From: Lama glama
Taxonomy: Eukaryota
DNA: 64,000 nt
Assembly (NCBI GenBank): GCA_028534125.1
Contig: CM052816.1
Location: 83,392,001 to 83,456,000, forward strand
Direction of reading: 5' to 3'
Below are positions 38,126 through 50,660 of the stretch, piece after piece. Position 1 is the first letter of the stretch. Each line of letters opens with the position of its first letter. The notes under the pieces were generated by a model, which saw nothing but the letters and a program-made list of their open reading frames with translations, had not been told where the DNA came from and made no database searches. Position numbers and translations under genes: made by a program.

Positions 38126-38144
38126 TTAAAGGATAAGGCTGTCA

Positions 38145-41100
38145 GAGAGGGCGACAGCAAGATGGTAGACTAGGAGATCCTAGCTCTCACTTCCCCCTCA
38201 AGAAAACAAAAAACAATGATTTAACAACTACTGCTGGATGCACAGTTAAGAAGATGCAGCAACTCAGTGGAGGATTAAAAATGACAACAGCCTCATAGAA
38301 ATATTTAGGAAGCATTTAACCTGAGTCACCTCAGCCCCAGGCCAGCATAGTTTGGCATCAAGGTAGAAACCCTTGGCCATGGCTTCCCCACTGGAGAAAA
38401 GACGAACAAGAGGTTACACACAGCCTTTGCCACAAATAACCCTGCATTCTTGGCTAACATTGCACGCATAGACAGAGCTGCCTGAAGTTCATGCTACTGT
38501 GCCTGCTGGAGTGTGAGTCACTGCTGCATCAACCCTTGAGCCAGAGCCACGATTATTACCTCTGGAAAAGAAGCCTTTACTAAGCCCCCTGAGACTGGAG
38601 CTGTCACTGCAACCCTTCAGAGTCACAGTTTCCATACCCACCCACTTGGCTTGGTACTGGCACTGCTGTGTGCCCCTCCTAATGGCAGTCTCATAACCAA
38701 TGTCCCTGGACCTGACACTGGATCTGGCACTGCACATGCCCCAATCAACTGCTGCCTTCATGCCTACTCATAGATAATGTATTTTCCCACAAAAATCACT
38801 TGTAAGTATAAAAGAGGTGACTTCTTCAAATGCACAGACACCAATGCATGGCACCAAGGAACATGACAAATCAAGGAACTCAGACATCATTAAAGGAGTA
38901 CAATACATTTCTAGTAACTGTAGAAATTGCCTGACAAAAAAATCAAAATAACTATTTTAAAGAAGTTCAGTCCACTACAAAGAAACACAGATAGAATATT
39001 TAACAAAATGAAAAAAGCAATAATTGAACAAAAATAGAACTTCAATAAAGAGATAAAAATCACAGAAAAGAACAAAAATTCTAATGCTTAAGAATACAAT
39101 TTATTGAAAAATGCAATAAAGAACTTCAATAGAAAATTCAAGGAGACCGAAGAAAGAACACAAATTTGAAGAAAAGTCATTTGAAATTATTGAATTAGAG
39201 CAGAAAAAGGAAAAAAAATGGAAAATAATGAAGAAAGCTAAAAAGATTTATGTGACATTATTAAATAAATCAATACACATATAATGCGAGTGTCAGACAG
39301 ACACAGAAAAGGAAGAGGCAGAATGCTTCTTCAGAGAAATAATGCCTAGAAACTTACAAAATATTGGGAGGGAAATAAATATCCAGATTTGGGAAGTTCT
39401 AAAGACCTGAAATAAGATCAGCTCAAAATAGACTACAGCACATGGCACATTATAATCACATTGTCAAGTGTCAAGGAAAAAGAGATAATTTTAAAAGCAT
39501 CAATGCTACCATAAGACTATCAGTGGACTTCTTAACAGGAACACTGCAAGCCAGGAAAGATTAAAATGATATACTTAAAGTAATGATACAAACAAACAAG
39601 CAAAAAACCCTGCCAACCAAGAATATTATACATGGCAAAACTATCCTCTAAAAAATTAATGAGAGATAAAATCTATTCTAGATAAAAAAAAACTGACCTA
39701 CCTTACAAGAAAAGCTAAGGAAGTTCATCAAATTAAAATGAAAGCATGTTGCAAAAAAGCAATATAAAGCATATGAAAGCATAAATCTCACTGGTAAATG
39801 TAAATATACAGACACATACAGAGCAATGTAACACTGTAATATTGAGGCATAAATTAATTTTAACACTAATATAAAATTAGAAGATAAAATTTTGTTGGTG
39901 GTTACATAATACAAAAAGAATCAAATATTGCTACAAGAACACAAAGTGCTAGGAGCAGGGAGCAAAAGTGCAGAGCTTGTGTATGCAATTGCATTCAACT
40001 TAAAATAGATACATAAGATAACTTTATACAAGCCTCAATTTACCTAAAAAGAAAAAAAGGACTATTTTATATATATAAAATATATATATAAGAGAATGAG
40101 ATGAGAATAAAAGGAAATTGCTTCAAAAATTTTTCAAATAACAAAGAAAACAGCAAGAGGCAAGGAGAGAAATTAAACTGTAAAACTGACAGAAAACAGT
40201 TAACAAAATGTCAATAGGAAGTCCTAACCAATCACACATTATTTTAAATGTAAATGCATTAAACTCTCCAATCAAAAGGCATAGACTGGCTGAATGAATT
40301 AAAAAATGAAGATCCAGTAATATTCCATCTACAAAAGACTGACTTTATATGTAAGGATATACAAAGGCTAAAAGTGAAGAGAGAAAAATATATCCTATGC
40401 AAATGGTAACAAGAGAAAGCAGGGGTGTCTATACTTAACTCACACAAGCTAGACTTTAGGTCAAAGCTTTTGTAGAGAGAAGAAAGGTTACTACATAACA
40501 GCAAAAGAAAGGGTCAATTCAACAAAAAGACATAACAATTATAAATCTGTATGCACCCAATTATATAAGCACATATTGCCAGATGTGAAGTGAAAATTTG
40601 AAAGAAATAGCATAATAGTTGAAGATTTCAATAATGGATAAAATACGTTCAGTATGAATAGAACATCCAGACAAAAATTAATTAAAAAAAAAAGTTGACG
40701 TGTACAACATAGTTCAAATTGACCTTACTGACATATTCAGAACTTTCCACCCAGAAGACGACACATTCTCCTTAAATGCTTGTGGAACATTTCCAATGAA
40801 AAATCACATTTTAGGTAACAAAAATAACCTTAACAAATTTAGAAAGATCAAAATCACTTGGTTATCTTTTCTAATCACAATTAAGTAAACTAGTAATCAA
40901 TAACATTAAGAAAATAGAAAAATTCATAAATACATAAAAACTAAAGAACATTCTCTTGAACAGTCAATAGATCAAAAAGGAAATCAAAAGGAAATTTTTT
41001 AAAAAATCACAAAACAAAAGAAAACAAATCACAACATACCAAAACTTATATGATCCAGCAAAACTGTAAGAGCAAAGTTTACAGTAAGTGCCTACGTTCA

Positions 41101-42855
41101 AATAGAAGGATAATCTCAAATAAACAGCGTAATTTTACACTTCAAGGAACTAGAAAAAGGAAAAATGTTAGCCCAAAGTTAGTAGAAAAAAAGAAATACT
41201 AAAGATTAGAGAATAAATAAATCAAGAATAGAAAACGATAGAAATAAAACAAGAAACTAAGACTCGGTTTTTGAAAAGACAGACAAAATTAGCAACCCCT
41301 TGGCTAGATTAGCCAAGAAAAAAAAAACAAAAAAAAGAGATACTATTCAAATAAATAAACTCAGAAATAAATCAGGACATGTTAAAACAAATGCCACAGA
41401 AATTTAAAAATAAACATCAGAAAGAACTATTATGAACAAATAAATATCAACAAATTGGATAACCTAGAAGAAATGGATAAATTCCTAGAAACATGCAACT
41501 TATCAAACCTGATGTTAAATGAAATAGAAAACTTAACACCCACCAATATCAAATAACTAGATTGAATCAGTAATAAAAACCTCCCAAAGAGAAACTCAGG
41601 ACCAGATGTCTTCATGGGTGAATTCAACTAAACATTCAAAGAAGAATTAACAAAATAATCCTTAAGCCCTTCCAAAGAGCAAAAAGGAAGGAATGCATCC
41701 AAACTCATTTTATGGGACCAGCATCAGACTGATGCCAAAGCCAGACAAAGACACTATGAAAAAATAAAACTACAAGTCAATATCCCTGAGGAACATAGAG
41801 GCAAAAATCATCAATAAAACACTACAAATTGAATTCAACAGCACATTAAAAGTATCATATATTATGACCAAGTGGGATTTATTCCCTGGGATGCAAGAAT
41901 GGCTTAACATATGCAAATAAATCAGTGTGATGTACCACATTAACAAATTTAAAGATAAAGCCATTATCATCTCAACAGCTGCAGAAACAAAGTATCTGAT
42001 AAAATTCAACATACTTTCATGATAAAAATTCTCAACAGGGGGAGGGTATTGCTTGGCGGTAGAGTGCATGATTAGCACGCACAAGGTCCTGAGTTAGTCT
42101 CTAGTACCTCCACTAAAAAATAAAATAAAATAAAAAATTAATTTAAAAATACATAAAGAAACCTAATTACCTCTCCTTCTCAAAAACAATTTTTTAAAAA
42201 ATTCTCAACAAAATATGAGATACGTTTAAAAGATATGTCTCAACACAATGAAGATCATAAATGGTAAGCTCACAGCTAACATCACACATGAAGGTAAACA
42301 GTTGAAATATTCTCTTCAAAAATCAGAAACAAGACAAGAATGGACACTCTTTCTTGGATGTCTCTCGCAGAGCAATTAGACAAGTAAAACAGTTAAAAGC
42401 CATCAAAACTGGAAAGCAAGAAGCAAAATTATCTCCATTTGCAGATGACATGGTCATATACATAGAGAATCTTGACTTTTCACCAACAAAAAGCTGTTAA
42501 AACTAATAAATAAATTCAGTAAGGTTGCATGATACAAATCAACATACAAAAATCAGTTGCATTTCTATATACAATGAACCTTCCAAAAATGAAATTAAGA
42601 AAATATCCCATTCAAATAGCAACAAAAATAATGAAATACTTAAGAATAACTTAACCAAAGAAGCAAAAGTCTTGTACACTAAAAATTATATAACATCGAT
42701 TAAATAAATTAGATAAAACACAGACAAATAGAAAAAAAATCCAAGCTCATGAATTGGAAGAATTAATATTGTTAAAATGTCCATACTACCCAAAGTGATA
42801 CTCATATTCACTACAATCCCTATCTAATTCTCAGTGACATTCCTTACATAAATAA
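38145..42855 (+). mobile_element. LINE-1 with 5'UTR, ORF1, inter-ORF and ORF2 EN/RT; decayed and 3'-truncated
   Basis: caagatggtagactagg 5' motif; ORF1-like region at about 38.83-39.76 kb; ORF2 start at 40208 (MSIGSPNQSHIILNVNALNSPIKRHRLAE); RT FADD codons at 42438-49; many stops. Confidence 0.93.
42038..42196 (+). mobile_element. Vic-1-like camelid tRNA-derived SINE
   Basis: gggggagggtattgcttggcggtagagtgcatgattagcacgcacaaggtcctgagtt..agtacctcc, A-rich linker, aaacctaattacctc; 14-bp TSD AAAAATTCTCAACA at 42024-37 and 42197-210. Confidence 0.92.
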
Positions 42856-42859
42856 ATAC

Positions 42860-43159
42860 CTAGACGTGCATATCAAAGGAATAATTTCAATGAGCCCAGG
42901 CCCTTGCATCTTCTCACACATAGAAGAGCACTAAATCCCCAACTTGAGATATCTGGTTTTCTTTAACTGAAGTGAACTTTTGATGTTCCGACTACCTGCT
43001 CTTTGTTGCATAGGCATATATCCTGGCTCCTCCCTTACCTCTTCAGAGCAGTCTTCAGAGCTCTCTGAGAGGCTGTCTCCAGGGCTTGAAGTGCTCAGAA
43101 AATTATCTGAATAAAACATAATTCTCAACTTTTAGGTTACGCATTTTTTTCATTTGACA
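42860..43159 (+). mobile_element. 3' half of an ERV1 LTR
   Basis: tatatcctggctcctcccttacctcttcagagcag..ctgagaggctgtctcc..gaataaaacataattctcaacttttagg..tttgaCA. Confidence 0.75.
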
Positions 43160-43164
43160 TAATT

Positions 43165-43420
43165 ATGAAGTTATTGGTTTTCAGGCTACTGCAAATTTAG
43201 GAACAAAAGGATGGGATTAGGGTAAGTTAAAGTATTGCAAAGCTCACCATTATTACAAAGATTAAGCATTTTTTTCCCTTGATTAAATACTCTCAGGATT
43301 GTTGCAAGCTTCTAATTTAATTTCCTAAGTTCTGAAGACATTGATTCTGACAAATTCCTTTTGTGCTCTCATTGCTTTTATATGAAGTGGATTTTGGGAT
43401 GTCTTTACTCTATGATTAAA
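43165..43420 (-). mobile_element. L1M (L1MC/MD-type) 5' end fragment
   Basis: agttctgaagacattgattctgacaa..tctcattgctttta..ggattttggga..cttactc. Confidence 0.6.
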
Positions 43421-45385
43421 AAATTGTCCTTTAGGACCCATTTTTAAGGAACTTTTTTTCTGATAACATAATTTTTATCTTTTAAATTCTAAAATGTATT
43501 AAGTGGCAGTGTTTTATGAAGATACTTGTGATAGATAACAGAGCATATGGACTATTACATTTTCTCATCTATTCCCAGTCCCCTTGATAAGCCATGTGGC
43601 TAATCTGGTCAATAAAATGTAAGCAAACGGCACATATCGTCATTAGTTGTCATGGCAGTTTATGGGTAGAAGTAGAGTTACCAATTCTTTTTCAAGTCAT
43701 GGTTAAAGGTAGAAATCTGTGCCATGGACTGCCTGACTTCAGCAGTGTGCTTTGCAGAAAAATGCTTTATTTTCCCATTCTTAATTAGTTATGAAGAGTT
43801 TACACTTATATTCTGTTGTTCCAGGGTTAAAAATACAAATGATTGTACACATCTGTGTATAAGGGGTGGTGATTCTTAGAACTGGTTAGAAATCAGTGCC
43901 TCTCCCCCCAGTCTTCACTCCTTAGTATTCTTAGTTATAAAATGCAGATTCACAGAAGCATCTCTCAATACCTAACTACTAGAGATTCCCTGAACCATCT
44001 TGTATTCCTCAAGGCAGTCCTACACTGAGTTACATGTAATAAGAGTTATAAGGTGTTATAAGCTGTATAAAAGTTAAAAGATGTATTAATGTACCCTACC
44101 CAATGCAGTAGATTGAATTCTAAAGTCTCTTTAAATGATAGCTAGCTCACTTAAATATTCTCAGTGGTGGGCAATTAATTACATGGTGATAGCCTCTGTG
44201 GTTGTGACCTGTAAGTCTCAAAGAGAGTCTTTATGTGGTTTGAAAATAAGTCTTTCCTCTCCATCCTTTCCCTAGTCATGGGCAAATTTCCTACAGTGGA
44301 CGTGGAATAGCTCTAACATTCTTTACAGCATACTGTGATCATTCTTAAATTTTCATTTAATAACAAAACAAAAATGTTAATAAGAAAAGAGGTTATATTT
44401 AGTCTTGACATTATTACTTAACAGGAGGATTTTTTAAAATAAAGTTATTATTCGTCTAATGAATTCCAACAGCCTCACACAGTCTCAGTATAATGTTACA
44501 CATTTTGGGGGGGGAGAATTTCTTTTAAAAAAATCACAAATAATGTTTCCAAAACAATGTATATCCAGAGGAAATAATGAGGATATGGAGCAATAGCATG
44601 CTTAATATTATTAAGTGTCCTCTGCTGGAACACTGAATCCTGAATAACAAAATCTCTGTGAATTTTTATAACTAAAGAAGCTTCTGTAATATTGTTAGAA
44701 TATATCAAACAGAAGATGCCAATGGGTGAATTAAATATAAACCAAAAATATTAAGATGGCTCTAATATAATATTTGCAATTAAAAAAGAGCAGGATCAGT
44801 GAAGGAAAAATGAGGTAAATAAAATAGCAAATATTTACCAATGTGCAGAAATAGATTTCACTAGATATGGATACCTACCCACATGTAAGTGAACAGGAAT
44901 ATTAAATGCCAAACTATCCTAGTTCTCAGATTCACAAAAGTAAAAAGATGGCCATTGAGTTAAGCACTTACAAGACATTATTCATTATATAGTTACCTTG
45001 GAGTATATTAGTCTTCTATTGCTTCGTAACAAATTAGCACGAATACAGCAGCATAAAACCTCAGATCAGCACCTTTACCTGTGAGTCTCATAAGGTTCTC
45101 CCAGGGATCTTCAGCACAGTAAGCAAAGATCTGTAACCATCAAACACGAGGAACAAAGGTGTCACACCCAACCTCAGGAGAAGCATATTCTTTAGTCCAC
45201 ATGCCCTGGAAAACTAATCTCAATTATTTGGTTGCAAATCTTTTTAGTTGGAGATGTTCACTTCTATCCAATGAGAACTCCACTCCTCGTCTAACTTTTT
45301 TGATCTACAGCAGGGTCACACAGTTCAAAATTCTCATACTCAGAATAGTGTTAGTCATTCTTTGACTGTTGTCATGTTTGAAAAT

Positions 45386-47099
45386 TGTGCTTGTTGAGTC
45401 CGTCGGTAGGGAGATGCTGAAATGAAGTATATTATTATGTTAGAGGGTATATTAGTAGTGTGTTAGAGCAGTATATTAGTGGATAAAGCCTTTGAAAGAT
45501 AGGAGTGGAGAGAAGCAGAATTAGGCAGTGAATGCCTTTGTACCTTGAAACCTCATTAATCTGTTCTAGCAAGTGTATTATCTCTTGCACAGCAGCTGCT
45601 AGCCAGAAAACTACTTAGCTGATGTACTGTTAGTCTTTGAATCATGTTTCAGGATATTTTCCTTCAGTGGCCAGAACACTGAATAAAACTTGAGGTGTAA
45701 TAAGCATCTCTATTCCTGCATTCTTAAGATTCCCAAGCCTAGCACTTCTTCGCTACTCAACCCAGGTTGTAATATTGTTTGTGATTTGCTATATTGGTCA
45801 TTGATTGAAATGGAGAAGTGAGTTTCAGAGGCTTCCACTTAATCTTTCTCTCTGTAGTAGCTTTTACCCCACAATATAAGGATGAATGTTGAGAAGTCCT
45901 ACAAGTGCCAATTGTCACCCTGAATTATACATTTGAAAACCCAGAAGATACACTCTCAAGATGACTTTACCCAAGATTCTATTCATTACCTTGTTCCTAT
46001 GTAATTTTCTTCTAACAAGGGAGGGGCACAAGTGGGGAGATCATGGCATTTTTGCTCTCCAGGGGTATCCACTTACATGTTCCTGGCCCACACATAAAAG
46101 TTCCAGGTTTTCAAACAAAGGCACGAACTTGGCATTGCAGACCTGCATGGGCTGAAGCTGCAATAGTCTTCAAAGCTCAAGGACTCCAACTAATGAATTC
46201 TGGATTTGATCTTTGTTTTGTTTTGTTTTGTTTTTCTTTTTCTTTTGAAAGATAAGGACCCTGTGCAAGCTAACACAGAGACCCTCTTGGACCTCAAATT
46301 TAGTTGCCAATGAGTCCTTAAACACCCCTACCCTTTCATATCTCTCTAAATCACATCAATAAAATTTAATAACAACCCATCAATCCCATGGTGCTTATAT
46401 ATTTTATTCCTCTCCCTTCACTTTTCAAATGACTGAATCATTGTAACAGGCTGGGTATTCATCTCCATTGGAACATAATCAAATCAACTCAGGTGAAAAT
46501 TTCAAAAACTGAATAATAATCTTTTATCAAGGATTATCCATGCTCCACATACTTTATATGACTAGTCTTCACTATCAGCCAGACCTTGAGAGATACAATC
46601 CTAAATCCTCATTTTACCGACTTGAACCATTCCTCATACCAGCTGTATTAGTTTGGCTCTTTGGGAAGCAGAAAATGAGAGAGAATTAGGGATGTAAGCA
46701 TTTTATTATGAAAGATAAAAGGGACAGGAGAAATAATTATGAGAAAAAGCTTTCAGACTAAGCATCAGACTAAATCTGAAACCTTAAAGGAATGTGGGAA
46801 GGAAGTGAAATTAGTCAGGAAGACCCACCAACAGTGACACATATTTGACAAAGACTTCACAAAACCAACGGGGAATTCTAAAGTAAACATGACTCTTCTG
46901 AGAAGTCCCGTATTCAGCTGAGATAGACAGGCACTGAAACTCTTGAACTAGTCAGTCATCAACTAGGGACTGTCCTGGAAAGCTGAGGTAGAGCCTGAAA
47001 ATACTGCAACCAGAGATAATCCACTACTTTCATTCTTTGCAGCTAAATAAATTCTTTCTTAAAGCAAGATGTGAATAGCATAACTTTATGGTTATCACA
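45386..47099 (-). mobile_element. Internally deleted ERVL provirus (LTR40/HERVL40-like): 5' LTR 46644-47099, PBS, gag-derived remnant, partial 3' LTR at about 45386-45545
   Basis: LTR bounded by TG(46644) and CA(47099); PBS-like TGGTATGAGGAATGGT on the minus strand at 46626-41; gaaagata..gga..ag..att motif occurs in both LTR pieces. Confidence 0.6.
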
Positions 47100-48089
47100 G
47101 CAATGCACAATCCATATACAACTATCATAAACTTTGCTGTGCAAATAGTTTTTGTTTGGTTTCAATTTCACTTTCAACAAGAACATTTTTCAAAACGCAA
47201 AGATTAAATTATTTTCTAAATATTAATACCCATGGTACAAAAGCTAAGAAAGGATATACTATAAAAAAATTCTCCTATATGTCAACCACAAGTTCAGTTA
47301 TTTTCTTCAGAAGCAACTACAATTACTATTTTTCATGGGTCCTTCCAGAGAAATTATACTTTTATGCGCACAAAGTCTAAGTATCTATATATGTATATAT
47401 GTATGAAGAAACCAACCCAATTGGTTTGAGATCCAGCCCTCACTCGATTATTGGAATTTGCTCTTGGGAAAAGAAAGAAGACAGGAAGCCTGATTAATAC
47501 CCTTGTAAGCATGTTGATTATTGATCTACAAGTAAAGGGGATAAAGGTAATTGCTAAGAGGAGAGTTCAAATCTAAGCAATGCTTGTAGCATCACACCCT
47601 GCTTTATGATTGCTGATGGGAAGCAAAACTTCAGTCTATAGATATATGAAGAATATACCTTCATTAAAAGTGGATACATAACTTTCTGGAGTTATTAAAA
47701 AGAGATATTTTATAACCTAGGCACTTCTTGATGTGTCAGATAATTCATGTGCTTCATAAGAGATCTTATCCACTCTAGGCAAGAGAGTCCACATCCAGTG
47801 ATGGAAGGAAAGACCTGGGGAGAACTAAGTAGGACTTACAATTATCTCTTGACATTTTGTAATCTAAAAATTATTAGTAATATAGGTAAGATCCTTAATT
47901 CATAAGAGTTTCACTTGACAATCCAATTCTTTATGTCAGACCAATATACACTTGGTGAATTCTGTATTGTTCATATTCTTTAATAAAATATTTTGGAGAA
48001 ATTTCCAAATAGTGTGCCATAAGAGTATCTAATTCATTTTTATTATTTTATAGCATTTAATATTATGATTGCAGGAAAATCCATAGGGT

Positions 48090-48780
48090 CTTTTTAGTGT
48101 CTTTAATCTCTTCCATCAATGTATTTTATTTAGCACTCAACCAGGATCTCTTGGTCATTTTAATGGTAAGTTCTAGTAGGTCGATTTCTGATTGTAAAGG
48201 CACTCAAACTTTTTTATTCAAAATTGTCATGACTCTTACCAGTATTTTGTATTTCAATATAAATTTTAGAATCAGCTTCTCATTTTCCACAAAAGACTCT
48301 GCTGTTGTTTTGAGAGATGTTCCCTTGATGTAATTTAATTTGTAGTGAATTGACATCTTTATAATACTGAGTGCTATAATCAATTAATATCATATGTCTC
48401 TCAATTGATTGGATTTTTTTCAAAAAATGCTCTTACTATTTTACTGGAGACGTTTGGTACATAAATCATCAGATATAGTGCTGGGATTTTGTTTTCTTCT
48501 CCTTCTGAATTACATGTAAATTCACTTCTACATCATTGCTAGTGTTTAGAAAGACAAGGTTTTTTCATTTTGTTTTGTTATTTTCATATTAACTTTGCAT
48601 CTATTAGCTTTGATTAATTCACTATTTATTCATTATTTCTATAGTTTGATGAATCTAATATTTATAAAAATTTATTATCTGCAAAAAATAAGTTAATTTT
48701 CCTTCCAATCTTTTTATCTTTTATTTATTTTTGATACCTCATTTTTCACTAGATTAGTCCTCCAGTAAATTTTTGAAAAC
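48090..48780 (-). mobile_element. Old L1M ORF2 fragments
   Basis: tttcaatataaattttagaatcagctt; gaattgacatctttataatactgagt; ttatctgcaaa; tcctccagta. Confidence 0.65.
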
Positions 48781-48809
48781 TAAACATTGACTAACACTCT
48801 AGAACGTTT

Positions 48810-48985
48810 ATCTATAATCTTGAAAAATTAATCCTGATCATATCGTTCAGGTGAAATTAGTGCTATTGCTATTTTACAGGTGAGAAAACGAAGCTCAGTG
48901 AATTATTCTCACTACTTCAAAGTAAACCTGTTCCTATGTGGGCAAAGTAGCTCTAGAAACTCAGTTAGCTCATTGTAATACTTGT
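48810..48985 (-). mobile_element. MIR SINE
   Basis: attttacaggtgagaaaacgaagctcag. Confidence 0.6.
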
Positions 48986-50249
48986 GATTTTCTTTTTCTA
49001 CTCTTACCATGCCATTTAATCTCAAGTTTAATTGGAAATACATTTTATTCAAATGTTCTCAGTGTATAATTTCCTTTTAAAATTCTCACTGAACATCCCC
49101 TGTTAACAGAAAGTCAGTTTTTCCCATTAAAGGCTGCCACTGGAGCAGCCCCTTTTGAGTCTTTACTTTGCAGAATTTATATTTGCTCAGGACTTGCCTC
49201 AATGATACTTCATACGTGTACATATAATGATCACCTTACTGAAATTTTATGGAATACTGTTAACACTTCTACCTGAAGGGTCTCTAACTGTAGTATTAAC
49301 AACCATTCTTCACAGGGTTAGGTATTGCCAGTCCTAAGGCTAGTGTGTATAAATAGCCTAAACATTCCTCTCATCCCTCTGTTTCAAGTATCTATGTCCA
49401 ACCCTAGGAAAGTTAAATACCAAATGTCAAACAGCCCATCTAGTTTTTACTATATACAAAAGAATAATAAAATGTGGTTTAAATAAAATTGCTATACTTG
49501 CGTATGATCTGTCTGAGCATATTTTTAACTACCTGCATGAGCCCAGTTAAGCCATTTTTTGATGCTTTATATGGAAATGATTATCGAGGCCATTTGATGT
49601 TATTAAATTGCATGAAAAAACCCCTACATTTCTCTAGTTGATGAATCTCACCCTTGAGTTTCATTTTATTAGACTATAATTATTAGATCCTCTAATATTC
49701 ATACAGGAAGAGCCTGTATCAAATTTTGAGCTCAAAACTAAGCAGTAAGAAGATGAAGTGTAATGGGACAGAGAACTAAAATAGCTATAGGAACTCCTTT
49801 TCAAATGTATCAATCCATGTAATATCCAAAGCTACCGGCGTAGAAATGAAGTTTGAATATAGATGCTTTATCATGCACACTGAGGCTGACTCTCTAAAAA
49901 GCATAATCCTCAATTTTAAACTTTCAAAATACTCTTCCTATTTTATACATTAAAGTTTACCATAAAATGCCATATATTCTTTTCCTTTTAGCAATGGAAG
50001 TGGCTGGTATTTGATGTTGCTTCATGTTATTCCTCATTTGGGACTGGACTCCTTACACACCTCAGTAGGCACAGAATGATAAAGGCATGTTTTCATTGTT
50101 GGGCACAGATAAACTATAAACAATTGCCTGTTCAGGTTCCAAGATGAAAGGTACACGGACTCATCTAGAGCTGTCAATAGTTGATGGACAGTAAAAACCC
50201 AGAGAGAATATAAAGAAATAAAAAGGTTACGGAGTAGAAAACTCTCACT

Positions 50250-50660
50250 TGTTCATCAGTTAACATACATGAACACATGCCAAGTGAATATTATTTATCA
50301 AACTTTATTCTGCACACAGAAGATATAGCAGTGGAAAAGAAAAAAATAGAGTTCTAACCTCCAAAATTTTGCATATTTTAAAAAGAGATGTTAAACATCC
50401 ATACATAGACAAGCAAGATGGTTTCTTGTTCTTATGAGTGCTAAGAATAAGAATATATGGTGATATGGTGAACAGTGACTGTAGGGATTTTTCCTTTAGC
50501 TAGTGTTGTCAGGAAATTAAAGTGATAAATAATGAGGAGGTAGCAGTAAAAAATATCTTGAAGAAGAATATTCCAAGCAGAAGGAACACAACAGGAAAGG
50601 ACCCTGGTTAAGAATAGACCTGAAATCCTCAGGGGTTATAAAGACCACAAGGTCACTAGT
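50250..50660 (-). mobile_element. L2 3' region
   Basis: ttcatcagt..atttatcaaac..agatatagcagtg; gaagaatattccaagcagaaggaac..aaaggaccctgg. Confidence 0.6.

Noticed and set aside
42038..42112. tRNA gene
   Set aside because: Degenerate B box, SINE tail and TSD show it is a SINE.
38145..42855. Potentially active full-length L1
   Set aside because: Many stops and frameshifts, a SINE insertion in ORF2 and a missing 3' end.
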